64,000 bases of DNA, from the NCBI GenBank assembly GCA_030148085.1, contig JASBUF010000069.1, positions 4,924 to 68,923 of the forward strand. The letters are read 5' to 3'. Shown piece by piece: positions 10,136 through 19,019 of the stretch. A program made the translations under genes and the position numbers. This stretch comes from Methylophaga sp. (GTDB taxonomy: Bacteria > Pseudomonadota > Gammaproteobacteria > Nitrosococcales > Methylophagaceae). Each line of letters begins with the position of its first letter. Positions within the stretch are counted from its first letter, which is position 1. The notes under the pieces are model-generated. The model did not search any database and was not told where the DNA came from. It saw nothing but the letters and a program-made list of their open reading frames with translations.

Positions 10136-11008
10136 ATGAAACGCTTAGCCATCTTACTTGCTAGCTTTTTGACAAGCGCCGTTGCCCACGCTGACATCAC
10201 GCTGACACCAGCCTGGAAAACCGCCGCCGAGCTTAAAGGACCAGAGTCAGTAATCTATCACCCGGGTTCCGATTCGCTTTATGTCTCTAATGTGAATGGC
10301 AGCCCAGATGCGCAAGATAGCAATGGCTTTATCAGCCGCTTGACCGATGAAGGTGAGATTGCCGAACTCTATTGGCTGGAAGGTTTTGATGCCCCCAAAG
10401 GGCTGGCAATCAAAGATGACACCTTATACGTATCCGACATTAATGAGCTGGTCGTGATCGATATTAATAGCAAGAGCATCATTAAGCGCTATCCAGTCGA
10501 TACCGCTAAGTTTCTTAATGATGTGGCCATTGATCAGCAAGGCCGCGTCTATGTCAGCGATATGGCGACCAATGAAATCTATCGCCTAAGCAATGATGAG
10601 CTGACCTTATGGATGGCCGACCCCAATCTAGAAGCCCCAAATGGGCTTCTGGTAGAAAACAACAAGCTGATCGTCGGTAGTTGGGGCAATATGACTGAAG
10701 GTTTTGCCACTGAAGTACCTGGTCACCTGAAAGTAATCGACTTGGAAAGTCGTGATATTCAGAGTCTCGGTGATAGCACCCCGGTAGGTAACCTGGATGG
10801 GGTTGAAGCCGATGGCCGGGGTAACTATCTGGTCACGGACTGGATGAATGGCCGCCTGCTGCTGATCTACCCTAACGGCAGCAGTGAAACCTTAATTGAA
10901 TTTGAACCAGGCAGTGCCGACCACACGGTTATGCCAGAAAAGAACCTGGTTATCGTACCTATGATGATGCAAAACGACGTCGTCGCATTTCGGATTTCTT
11001 ATCAATGA
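10136..11008 (+). CDS. Secreted SMP-30/gluconolactonase-like beta-propeller protein
   Basis: Signal peptide ending AHA; PES, APKGLA, FLNDV, APNGL and LDG blade motifs; GGAGG RBS. Confidence 0.78.
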   Translation: MKRLAILLASFLTSAVAHADITLTPAWKTAAELKGPESVIYHPGSDSLYVSNVNGSPDAQDSNGFISRLTDEGEIAELYWLEGFDAPKGLAIKDDTLYVSDINELVVIDINSKSIIKRYPVDTAKFLNDVAIDQQGRVYVSDMATNEIYRLSNDELTLWMADPNLEAPNGLLVENNKLIVGSWGNMTEGFATEVPGHLKVIDLESRDIQSLGDSTPVGNLDGVEADGRGNYLVTDWMNGRLLLIYPNGSSETLIEFEPGSADHTVMPEKNLVIVPMMMQNDVVAFRISYQ

Positions 11009-12210
11009 TCTTTGATGACTTTATGTTAGACCAGCCGCTGTTAGAGGCAGTGGCTGAACTGGGGCTGAGCACCCCGACTCCTGTTCAACAGGAAGCGATT
11101 CCCCTCTTACTGGCGGGCGAAGATGTCCTCGCCTGTGCAGCCACTGGCAGCGGTAAAACACTGGCCTTTGTCTTGCCCCTAATTCAAAAGCTGATGGATG
11201 AGCCCAATAAGGGCAAGCTGGCTAAAGCGCTCATTCTGGCGCCGACACGCGAACTCGCATTCCAGACGCAGCATGTTATTTCTACTCTGGCTTCGGCATT
11301 GCCTACCCGGGTAGCGATGATTACCGGTGGGCAGGCACCCACTGCGCAGGTGAATTATCTGCATGAAGGTGCTGATATTATTATCGCGACTCCCGGCCGT
11401 ATGTTGCAGCTGGTTGAGCAGGAACTGGCCGATCTCGGCGCTATCGAATACGTGGTCATTGATGAGGCCGATCGTATGCTCGATATGGGCCAGGGACCGG
11501 ATGTGGCGAATGTGCTGGCTGCCATCAAAACCGCCTTCCAGACATCGTTATTCTCCGCGACCTTAGCTGGTGCCGGTGTTGAATTGTTTGCCAAGGCGCT
11601 ATTGCCGAATGCACAACGTGTCAACATCAACGCCGCCAATCAATACGCCAAACAGGTCGAACAAACGGTCTATCTGGCCGATAACAAGGAACACAAGCTG
11701 GCGTTGCTGAAAGCCGCCGTGACCGCTGAAGAATGTCAGAGTGCTTTGGTGTTCTGCAATAAAAAAGAGCGTGCCGTCGAAGTCGCGGAGTATCTGCAGT
11801 CGCAGAATATCTCGGCACAAGTCATTCATGGTGACTACTCACAGGCCGATCGCCGTGAGCGCACGCGTAAATTCCGTCAGGGAACCATCAAGGTAGTGGT
11901 CGCGACTGATGTCGCTGCTCGCGGCCTGGATCTACCGCAGGTCAGTCACGTCATTAATTACGATGTGCCCTTCCGTGGTGATATCTATATTCACCGTGTC
12001 GGCCGTACCGGTCGCGCAGGTAAGCTAGGCAATGCCATAAATCTGGTTGAACCCAATGATCAAAAAAACCTTCAGCGGGTTGAGCACCATATCGATCAGA
12101 AACTGCCGATTCGCAAAATGAAAGGGCTGGCTCCCAGAGCGAAAAACAATAAAAAAATGAGCAAAGACAAAGACAAGCCGCGTTACATCTCCAAAAAAGA
12201 TCGTGACTGA
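11005..12210 (+). CDS. DEAD-box RNA helicase (SrmB-like)
   Basis: AATGSGKT, DEADRML, SATL and HRVGRTGRAG motifs; Lys-rich tail. Confidence 0.9.
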   Translation: MIFDDFMLDQPLLEAVAELGLSTPTPVQQEAIPLLLAGEDVLACAATGSGKTLAFVLPLIQKLMDEPNKGKLAKALILAPTRELAFQTQHVISTLASALPTRVAMITGGQAPTAQVNYLHEGADIIIATPGRMLQLVEQELADLGAIEYVVIDEADRMLDMGQGPDVANVLAAIKTAFQTSLFSATLAGAGVELFAKALLPNAQRVNINAANQYAKQVEQTVYLADNKEHKLALLKAAVTAEECQSALVFCNKKERAVEVAEYLQSQNISAQVIHGDYSQADRRERTRKFRQGTIKVVVATDVAARGLDLPQVSHVINYDVPFRGDIYIHRVGRTGRAGKLGNAINLVEPNDQKNLQRVEHHIDQKLPIRKMKGLAPRAKNNKKMSKDKDKPRYISKKDRD

Positions 12211-12715
12211 TACGACTTACTCACACCGTAAACTGCTGCAATTACGCTGGCTGCTGCTAATCAGCAGCGGCCTGCTTATTGCCGGCCTGTTTCTGCCGAT
12301 GCTGACCATCAGTCAGTTTGTGTTTATCCGTAACGAATTCTCAGTCATCTCCGGCATCACAGAATTGTGGAAGGCCGGTCAATACATTCTGTTTGTGGTG
12401 ATAGGCTGTTTCAGCGTGATTATTCCGCTGACCAAAATCGTACTGTTATTCAAACTTCTACAGTCCGATAACAAGCCGCACCCTATCAAAATGAAACTAC
12501 TGCGACTGATGCACAACTATGGCCGCTGGGCGATGCTCGATGTGATGGTGGTAGCGATGTTGATTGTGACCGTCAAAATGGGCGCGATTGCCAGTATTCA
12601 GATCCATCCCGGTTTGTATTTGTTCGGCACGGCGGTGTTGTTGATTATGTTGACGACACAGTCGACGGTTAAGCTTTTGGAAAGCCAGCAAACGAGTTCG
12701 CCTGACTCTCATTAG
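12203..12715 (+). CDS. pqiA: Paraquat-inducible protein A family protein, single domain
   Basis: SVISGITELW, GRWAMLDV and PGLYLF motifs typical of PqiA; 4 TM segments; GTG start. Confidence 0.8.
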   Translation: MTDTTYSHRKLLQLRWLLLISSGLLIAGLFLPMLTISQFVFIRNEFSVISGITELWKAGQYILFVVIGCFSVIIPLTKIVLLFKLLQSDNKPHPIKMKLLRLMHNYGRWAMLDVMVVAMLIVTVKMGAIASIQIHPGLYLFGTAVLLIMLTTQSTVKLLESQQTSSPDSH

Positions 12716-12808
12716 CGCATTTGCTTACGGCTATCATTTCAACGGAAACTGGCTTTTTAATTTAGGCTTAAGGTTTCGCCTTAAGGCGAGATAGGGATCG
12801 CTTTTCGT

Positions 12809-12979
12809 CCCGTATTATTGCCGCCAAAAATTGAGCTTGTTTGATGGGTGAAGTGGTCGAGTGTTTGAGCGTAGCGAGTTATCGACCACGCCATCAAACA
12901 AGCTCCATTTTTGGATGAAGGCAATATCGGGGGCCTTTTTCTTTGGTTCGTTTCTTTTGGGCAAACAAAAGAAATGAAC
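12809..12979. repeat. Structured intergenic element: long multi-stem hairpin followed by a second 14-bp hairpin
   Basis: Nested stems TATTGCC/GGCAATA, CCAAAAAT/ATTTTTGG, a perfect 15-bp GAGCTTGTTTGATGG/CCATCAAACAAGCTC and GTGGTCGA/TCGACCAC around a 21-nt loop; then GTTCGTTTCTTTTG-GGCAAA-CAAAAGAAATGAAC. Confidence 0.8.
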
Positions 12980-13049
12980 ACCTCGCGGCAGCGTTGGCCT
13001 TGAAAAAAGCCGTAAGTTACGACTGGGCGAACGAGTTCTATTCTCTTCT

Positions 13050-13079
13050 GTTGTGCTTCGCAAGCTCAGCCCAACCTAC
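13050..13079 (-). repeat. GTAG-tagged REP-like palindrome
   Basis: Minus strand reads GTAG-GTTGGGCT-GAGCTTGCGA-AGCACAAC: GTAG tag plus an 8-bp stem with one mismatch. Confidence 0.65.
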
Positions 13080-13085
13080 CTATCG

Positions 13086-13113
13086 CGTCATTCCCGCGCA
13101 GGCAGAAATCCAG
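13086..13113 (+). repeat. CGTC-tagged REP-like palindrome, degenerate (dRS3-like ATTCCC-N8-GGGAAT)
   Basis: CGTCATTCCCGCGCAGGCAGAAATCCAG differs at 2 positions from CGTCATTCCCGCGCAGGCGGGAATCCAG. Confidence 0.65.
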
Positions 13114-13115
13114 CA

Positions 13116-15959
13116 TTAACCTGTATTCCGCATCCCCGCCGAAATCGCACTAATACTCCGAAGCAATGGATCCAACCAACGCTCCCGCTCAGCCTCATCA
13201 ACCGAACCATCACGATAACGTTGCAGCAACAGAATCTGAATGTAGTTAATCGGATCCAAATACGGCTCACGGCGGCGCAAAGAGCTTTTCAATGGCGGCA
13301 AGTCGGCCAGTAAAGAATCTGCTTCAATCACCAGCAGGACCTGCTTCACTGTCTTGTGGTATTCAGCACTAATCAGCTCAAACACCTGTTGTCCCTGAAA
13401 CGCGTTGCCACACAAAGCAGCATAACGCTGGGCAATGTTCATATCCGCCTTGGACAAGGACATCTGCGTGTTGCTAAGCAAAGAACGGAAAAAAGGCCAT
13501 TGTCTGACCATCTGCCGCAGAATCGCGATCTTGTCTTCATTCCCCTTATGCCAGGCTTCCAGCGCTGTTCCGATACCATACCAGGCCGGTAAGGTATGAC
13601 GAGATTGTGCCCAGGAAAACACCCAGCCAATGGCACGAACCGAGGATTTGGAACGATCGCCAGCCTTACGATGAGACGGCCTTGAGCCGATATTCATCAT
13701 GCCGATTTCAGTGACCGGGCAGACTTCGTAGAAATAGTCGAGAAAACCCGGCGTATCTTCGGTCAGCTTGCGGTAACTGGCCTCGCCAGCAGCGGTAAGC
13801 GTGTGCATGATATCAAGGTAAGCTGGTTCAACCTGGCCGATTTCAGTGACCAGACTGCGCGACGCTTTCATCAATCCCGATACGCCCATACCCAGTTCAT
13901 AAGCAGCGGTTTCGATATTGCCATATTTAAACGACAGCACCTCGCCCTGCTCGGTAAATTTAATCTGCCCCTGCACAGTCCCTTGTGGTTGGGACAAGAT
14001 GGCATCATGGGTCGGGCCACCACCTCGGCCGATAGTACCACCACGTCCATGGAACATACGGCAGTCAATGTCATGCTTTTTAGCCAGTTGGCTGATAGTT
14101 CGCTGTGCTTTGAACAGATTCCAGCCCGAAGCCAGAATTCCGCCATCCTTACAGGAATCGGAATAACCGAGCATGACTTCCTGTAAATTGCCTGAGGCAT
14201 CCAGCAACTGCCGATAGACGCTGTTATCCAAAAGCGCTGACATCACCGGCTCGATATGGCTTAAGTCTTCTATGGTTTCAAACAGTGGTGCGACACGAAT
14301 ATGGCAGTATGTCTGGCCTTGCTCGTCCACACCCGACAAACCGGCAAAGCGGCCCAAGGTCAGCACTTCAAGTATATGGCTCGCTTCATGAGTCATCGAA
14401 ATCACATAACTGCCGAAAGCCTTGCTGCTGACTTCATCGTGCAGGCGGCTCATCAGCTTGAATACCGATAACACTTCCTGATTCTCACTGCTAAGTTCAG
14501 GTAAAGCAGGCAGGCTATCGCGAGATAACAGAACGGTCAGCAGGTGACGCCGCTGCTCTTCGTCTAAGGTCAGGTAGTCTTGTTGCAGACCGGTGAGCTT
14601 GAGCACCTCGGCAATCGCCTGACTATGGCGTGTCGACTCCTGACGCACATCCAGATGATAGAGATAAAAACCAAAGGTCTCGACCAGACGAATCAAGTCG
14701 TTGAGTTCCGCATCAGCGATAGCCTGATCACCATTCGCTACCAGCGAATCATAGATTAGACGTAAATCCGCCAGCAACTCGGTTTCATTGGCATACGCCA
14801 GCCCCAGTGCACGGCTTTCCTGATCAGGCCGGAAGTACTGCTGCAATAAGCTGAGATTATCCTGCAGCCGGTGACGCATCATGTAGAGCTTGCGGCGGTA
14901 AGGCTCATTCAGAAAACGATCTGGCTTGGCATTAAAGGCACCGGCATAACGTTGTTCCGACGCTTCAATATCGGCCGCCAGCGCTTCACTGATGGCACAT
15001 AAAGGCTGTGACTGGGTGAGGATGTAACTCAGTTTGGTGATGTCTTCCAAGTAGCGACGTATGACCGTACGTTTTTGCAGCTGAATCGCCATTTCGGTGG
15101 TTTCAGCGGTGACAAACGGATTGCCGTCGCGGTCGCCACCAATCCATGAACCAAACTTGATAAAACCGGGCACGGTGAACGGCTGTCCTGCTGCGATATC
15201 ATCGCGGTAGACACGGCGGATCGCATTTTCCAGATTGCGGTAGGTTCTGGGTACAGCGTCAAACAGACTGACATTGAAGTAATACAGGCCATTTTTGATT
15301 TCATCACGCACCGTCGGCTTCACGGCGCGCACTTCATCGGTCGACCACAGCAACTGCACCTGCCTCTTGATTTCATTGCGGGTGCGCTCTTCATCAAAGG
15401 CCGTCAGCGGTTGATTGGTCAGTCTCTCATCCAGCAGGAAGATGCGGCGCAGGATTTCCATCACCGTACGGCGCTTAGATTCGGTCGGATGCGCGGTAAA
15501 CACCGGCATATACACCAGCGAGTCGAGCAGTGGCTGTAACTGCGCCAAGGTCACGCCTGCGGCCTTAAACTGATTCAAAGTATCGAGGTAGGAGCCTTCC
15601 CACAAATCACCGCCATTACGCAACTGAATGGTACGGTTGTGATAGTTGAAGGCTTCTTCTGCGGTATTGAGCAAACTGAAATACATGCTGAACGCCCGCG
15701 TCACTTCACGCAGCGTATTTTCATCCAGCGTATTGAGAAAGCTCAGCAGTTCGGTGCGCAGTTCGGCATTATTCTCCTTGCGCAGTTGAATAAAACCTTT
15801 ACGCAAACGTTCGACGGTATCGAATACTGCACGACCGGCACGCTCCTCCAGCACTTCACCGAGGATATGGCCGAGAAAGCGAACATGCTGGCGCAGATCT
15901 TTATCGCCAAGCAAAGACAGTTTTTCAACTGCACTCAGTACAGGCTGATAATCAGTCAT
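13116..15959 (-). CDS. ppc: Phosphoenolpyruvate carboxylase
   Basis: VFTAHPTE, WIGGDRDGNP, MLGYSDSCKDGG, FHGRGGTIGRGGGP and C-terminal GMRNTG. Confidence 0.97.
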   Translation of the reverse strand: MTDYQPVLSAVEKLSLLGDKDLRQHVRFLGHILGEVLEERAGRAVFDTVERLRKGFIQLRKENNAELRTELLSFLNTLDENTLREVTRAFSMYFSLLNTAEEAFNYHNRTIQLRNGGDLWEGSYLDTLNQFKAAGVTLAQLQPLLDSLVYMPVFTAHPTESKRRTVMEILRRIFLLDERLTNQPLTAFDEERTRNEIKRQVQLLWSTDEVRAVKPTVRDEIKNGLYYFNVSLFDAVPRTYRNLENAIRRVYRDDIAAGQPFTVPGFIKFGSWIGGDRDGNPFVTAETTEMAIQLQKRTVIRRYLEDITKLSYILTQSQPLCAISEALAADIEASEQRYAGAFNAKPDRFLNEPYRRKLYMMRHRLQDNLSLLQQYFRPDQESRALGLAYANETELLADLRLIYDSLVANGDQAIADAELNDLIRLVETFGFYLYHLDVRQESTRHSQAIAEVLKLTGLQQDYLTLDEEQRRHLLTVLLSRDSLPALPELSSENQEVLSVFKLMSRLHDEVSSKAFGSYVISMTHEASHILEVLTLGRFAGLSGVDEQGQTYCHIRVAPLFETIEDLSHIEPVMSALLDNSVYRQLLDASGNLQEVMLGYSDSCKDGGILASGWNLFKAQRTISQLAKKHDIDCRMFHGRGGTIGRGGGPTHDAILSQPQGTVQGQIKFTEQGEVLSFKYGNIETAAYELGMGVSGLMKASRSLVTEIGQVEPAYLDIMHTLTAAGEASYRKLTEDTPGFLDYFYEVCPVTEIGMMNIGSRPSHRKAGDRSKSSVRAIGWVFSWAQSRHTLPAWYGIGTALEAWHKGNEDKIAILRQMVRQWPFFRSLLSNTQMSLSKADMNIAQRYAALCGNAFQGQQVFELISAEYHKTVKQVLLVIEADSLLADLPPLKSSLRRREPYLDPINYIQILLLQRYRDGSVDEAERERWLDPLLRSISAISAGMRNTG

Positions 15960-15962
15960 AAA

Positions 15963-17426
15963 TTACCGTTTGGCTAGTGATTGATAGAGTTCAATATAGG
16001 CGTTGGCGCTGTGGTTCCAACTGAGGTCCTGCTGCATTGCAGTGAGCATCATGCTGCGCCAGATTCGCGGCCGGGCAAACAAGCCCACCGCACGAAGCAG
16101 AGTCTGTTGCAGCGACACGACGCTGGCATCATTGAAACAGAATCCATTTGCCAGTCCAGCTTTACGGTTTTCATCGCTGGCGTCAACTACGGTATCGGCA
16201 AGACCGCCTGTATTACGCACAATAGGCAGGGTGCCATAACGCAGACTGTACATCTGATTCAGGCCACAAGGCTCAAAGCGCGACGGCATCAGGAACACAT
16301 CGGCACCCGCTTCAATCTGGTGGGACAGACTTTCATCATAGCCAATCGTGACCGCGACGCGATCCGGAAAGCGTGCGCGTAACACCCGCAGTTCATGTTC
16401 AAACTGGGCTTCCCCACTGCCCAGACAAATAAACTGAATGTCATGACCCGCTTCGAGGATATTGGTTAAAGCATGAATCGCCAGATCAATCCCTTTTTGC
16501 GACACCAGACGACTGATGAGACCGATCAACAGACTGTCACTATTTTCCGGTAGAAAAAATTCCTGCTGCATCGCCAGCTTATTGGCGGCTTTATTGCGCA
16601 GAGTTTTCGTTGAGTAGGTTTTGCTGAGGTTGGTATCGGTTTCCGGGTTCCAGACTTGGTAATCAATGCCATTGAGAATTCCGGTTAAGCGACCTTGTTC
16701 AGCACGGTATGACAGCAAGCCTTCCAGACCATAGCCAAACTCATAGGTGCAGATTTCCTCGGCATAGGTCGGACTGACGGTAGTGATGTGATCGGCAAAG
16801 ATTAAACCACCTTTCATAAAGGACAGTTGCCCGTAGAATTCGAGCCCTTCGTAGTGCCACAAAGCATCCGGCAAATCCAAAGACTTGAAGGTGTCATAGG
16901 AGAACATGCCCTGATAGGCCAGATTATGAATAGTGAAAATGGTGTTTGGTCGCTGCTCACGCCCCGCTAACAGGGCCGGCACCAGCCCCGTTTGCCAGTC
17001 ATTACAATGCACAATATCGGCTTGCCAGTTAAGGCCAGCCTCATCTGTGGCCAAGGCCACAGCAGCGCGAGATAGCAAAGCAAAACGTGCAGCGTTATCA
17101 TCCCAGTCATGGCCAACGGGATGGCTGTAGGGGCCACCGTCACGATCAAAATGATGGGGTGAATGCACCAGCCAGAGAATCACACCACTGCCCGGCAGAG
17201 TTGTCTGTAAAATCTCGACCGGCAGGTGGTAACCTTCCAGCTTGATGGTGGCGACGCTATCTATATGCCCGAGCTCATGTAAACATTTGCGGTAGGCTGG
17301 CATGACTATACGCACATCCTGCCCCTGCTCACTGAGTGCCATCGGCAGGCTAGCTGACACATCGGCCAGACCGCCTGTCTTCATCAGCGGGTGCACCTCG
17401 CTGGTGGCAAATAGAATTTTTCGCAC
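15963..17426 (-). CDS. glgA: Glycogen synthase
   Basis: KTGGLAD, HCNDWQT, FTIHNLAYQG and PSRFEPCGL motifs; start re-set to GTG 17426 behind a GGGAG RBS. Confidence 0.95.
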   Translation of the reverse strand: MRKILFATSEVHPLMKTGGLADVSASLPMALSEQGQDVRIVMPAYRKCLHELGHIDSVATIKLEGYHLPVEILQTTLPGSGVILWLVHSPHHFDRDGGPYSHPVGHDWDDNAARFALLSRAAVALATDEAGLNWQADIVHCNDWQTGLVPALLAGREQRPNTIFTIHNLAYQGMFSYDTFKSLDLPDALWHYEGLEFYGQLSFMKGGLIFADHITTVSPTYAEEICTYEFGYGLEGLLSYRAEQGRLTGILNGIDYQVWNPETDTNLSKTYSTKTLRNKAANKLAMQQEFFLPENSDSLLIGLISRLVSQKGIDLAIHALTNILEAGHDIQFICLGSGEAQFEHELRVLRARFPDRVAVTIGYDESLSHQIEAGADVFLMPSRFEPCGLNQMYSLRYGTLPIVRNTGGLADTVVDASDENRKAGLANGFCFNDASVVSLQQTLLRAVGLFARPRIWRSMMLTAMQQDLSWNHSANAYIELYQSLAKR

Positions 17427-17440
17427 GCGAATCTCCCAAA

Positions 17441-17523
17441 AATTGTACAATTCTGCAAATTATATACGGTCAACGGCTGAGTTATAGCCTGCAACGGGAG
17501 AAATCATGCAATCTTGTACAATT
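17441..17523. promoter_or_regulatory. Candidate operator pair in the glgA/zwf divergent region
   Basis: Perfect palindrome AATTGTACAATT (17441-17452) and a second TTGTACAATT (17514-17523). Confidence 0.35.
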
Positions 17524-18975
17524 GTTATTTTTGGCGCCACCGGCGACTTATCCAAGAAAAAATTGTTACCGGCTCTGTACCATCTGGACGCTGAAAACAG
17601 ACTGACAGACGACACACGCATCATCTGCATGGGTCGTAGCGAATCTGCTCAGGATGAATGGAAACAACAAGTTGAAGGCTATGTCACACCCAAAGCACGT
17701 GGCGGTGTTAATGCCGATGTATTGTCTCGCTTTCTTGATCGTTTGACCTATTTCAAATGTGACATCAATGAAGCCTTCAGCTATCACCAACTGAACAAGT
17801 TGATCACCACTGAAGAGAACGGCTTCTCTCAAAACATCGTGTTCTACCTCTCTATCAGCCCGGCTCTGTTCAGCGTCGTGGGTGATCAGCTGACTGCGGT
17901 TGGCCTGAACAGTGAAGAACACGGCTGGCGTCGTCTGGTCGTCGAAAAACCGTTTGGTTATGACCAGAAGAGTGCCGAAGATCTGGAACGCATTCTCAGC
18001 AAAAACTTCACTGAGAAACAAACCTACCGTATCGACCATTACCTCGGTAAAGGCACGGTTCAGAACATTTTTGTATTCCGTTTTGCCAACCTGTTGCTGG
18101 AACCTTTATGGAACCGCAACTACATCGATCACGTTCAAATCACTCATGCTGAACAGCAAGGTGTGGGCGGTCGTGCAGGCTACTATGATGGTTCAGGCGC
18201 CCTGCGTGACATGATTCAAAGTCACTTGATGCAGGTGATGGCACTGGTTGCGATGGAACCACCAGCGGATCTCGATGATGAATCTCTGCGTGATGAAAAA
18301 GTAAAAGTACTGAAAGCGATTCGCCCGATCACTGAAGACATGGTTGATGATCATGCTTTCCGCGGTCAGTACGCGGCGGGTGAAGTCAACGGCAAACCTG
18401 AACCGGGTTACCTGGAAGATGCCGATGTACCGAATGACAGCGTCACTGAAACCTATGCAGCGATGAAGATTTACATCGACAACTGGCGCTGGCGCGATGT
18501 GCCGTTCTACCTGCGTACAGGTAAATGCATGCCTGAGTCGAAAGCGATGATTGCCATCCGCTTCAAGAAACCACCTCAAGAGCTGTTTAAAGACACACAC
18601 ATCGGTGACAGTCATGCCAACTGGATTGTGATGGGCCTGCAACCGGACAATACCCTGCGTATTGAACTGCAGGCGAAACAGCCAGGTCTGGAACTGAAGA
18701 GCCAAACCGTCGCGCTGGAAACTGTGGAATCTGACGAAAACAAACACCGTCTTGATGCCTACGAGGCACTGATCCTTGATGCGATCATCGGTGACCGCTC
18801 GCTGTTCCTGCGTGCTGATGAAGTGAATCTGGCGTGGAAAGTCGTTGATCCTGTACTCAACAAATGGGCTAAGGACAAGAGCTTTGTCCACACCTACCCT
18901 GCGGGTACCTGGGGGCCGGAAGAAGTTAGTCGTCTGCAGGATAATCCTTGCCACGCATGGCGTAACAACGTCTGA
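17506..18975 (+). CDS. zwf: Glucose-6-phosphate 1-dehydrogenase
   Basis: [27 protein letters not shown] and PFYLRTGK motifs. Confidence 0.97.
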   Translation: MQSCTIVIFGATGDLSKKKLLPALYHLDAENRLTDDTRIICMGRSESAQDEWKQQVEGYVTPKARGGVNADVLSRFLDRLTYFKCDINEAFSYHQLNKLITTEENGFSQNIVFYLSISPALFSVVGDQLTAVGLNSEEHGWRRLVVEKPFGYDQKSAEDLERILSKNFTEKQTYRIDHYLGKGTVQNIFVFRFANLLLEPLWNRNYIDHVQITHAEQQGVGGRAGYYDGSGALRDMIQSHLMQVMALVAMEPPADLDDESLRDEKVKVLKAIRPITEDMVDDHAFRGQYAAGEVNGKPEPGYLEDADVPNDSVTETYAAMKIYIDNWRWRDVPFYLRTGKCMPESKAMIAIRFKKPPQELFKDTHIGDSHANWIVMGLQPDNTLRIELQAKQPGLELKSQTVALETVESDENKHRLDAYEALILDAIIGDRSLFLRADEVNLAWKVVDPVLNKWAKDKSFVHTYPAGTWGPEEVSRLQDNPCHAWRNNV

Positions 18976-18990
18976 GTCTAAACTGAGTTC

Positions 18991-19019
18991 AAAAAAGCCG
19001 GCTTTATGCCGGCTTTTTT
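18991..19019. terminator. Bidirectional intrinsic terminator between zwf and the P-type ATPase gene
   Basis: AAAAAAGCCGGC-TTTAT-GCCGGCTTTTTT between convergent genes. Confidence 0.9.

Noticed and set aside
12781-13063. Short ORFs (66 and 82 aa) in the pqiA-ppc gap
   Set aside because: They run through palindromic repeat DNA and do not resemble a transposase or toxin.
12716-13115. Possible CRISPR array, tRNA or integron attC site
   Set aside because: No direct repeat-spacer periodicity, no cloverleaf, no clear attC R-box ends, and no cas or integrase gene in the window.
18193-18954. 253-aa antisense ORF inside zwf, plus 17566-18039
   Set aside because: It mirrors the zwf frame, has no recognisable motifs, and is expected from the codon bias of a highly expressed gene.
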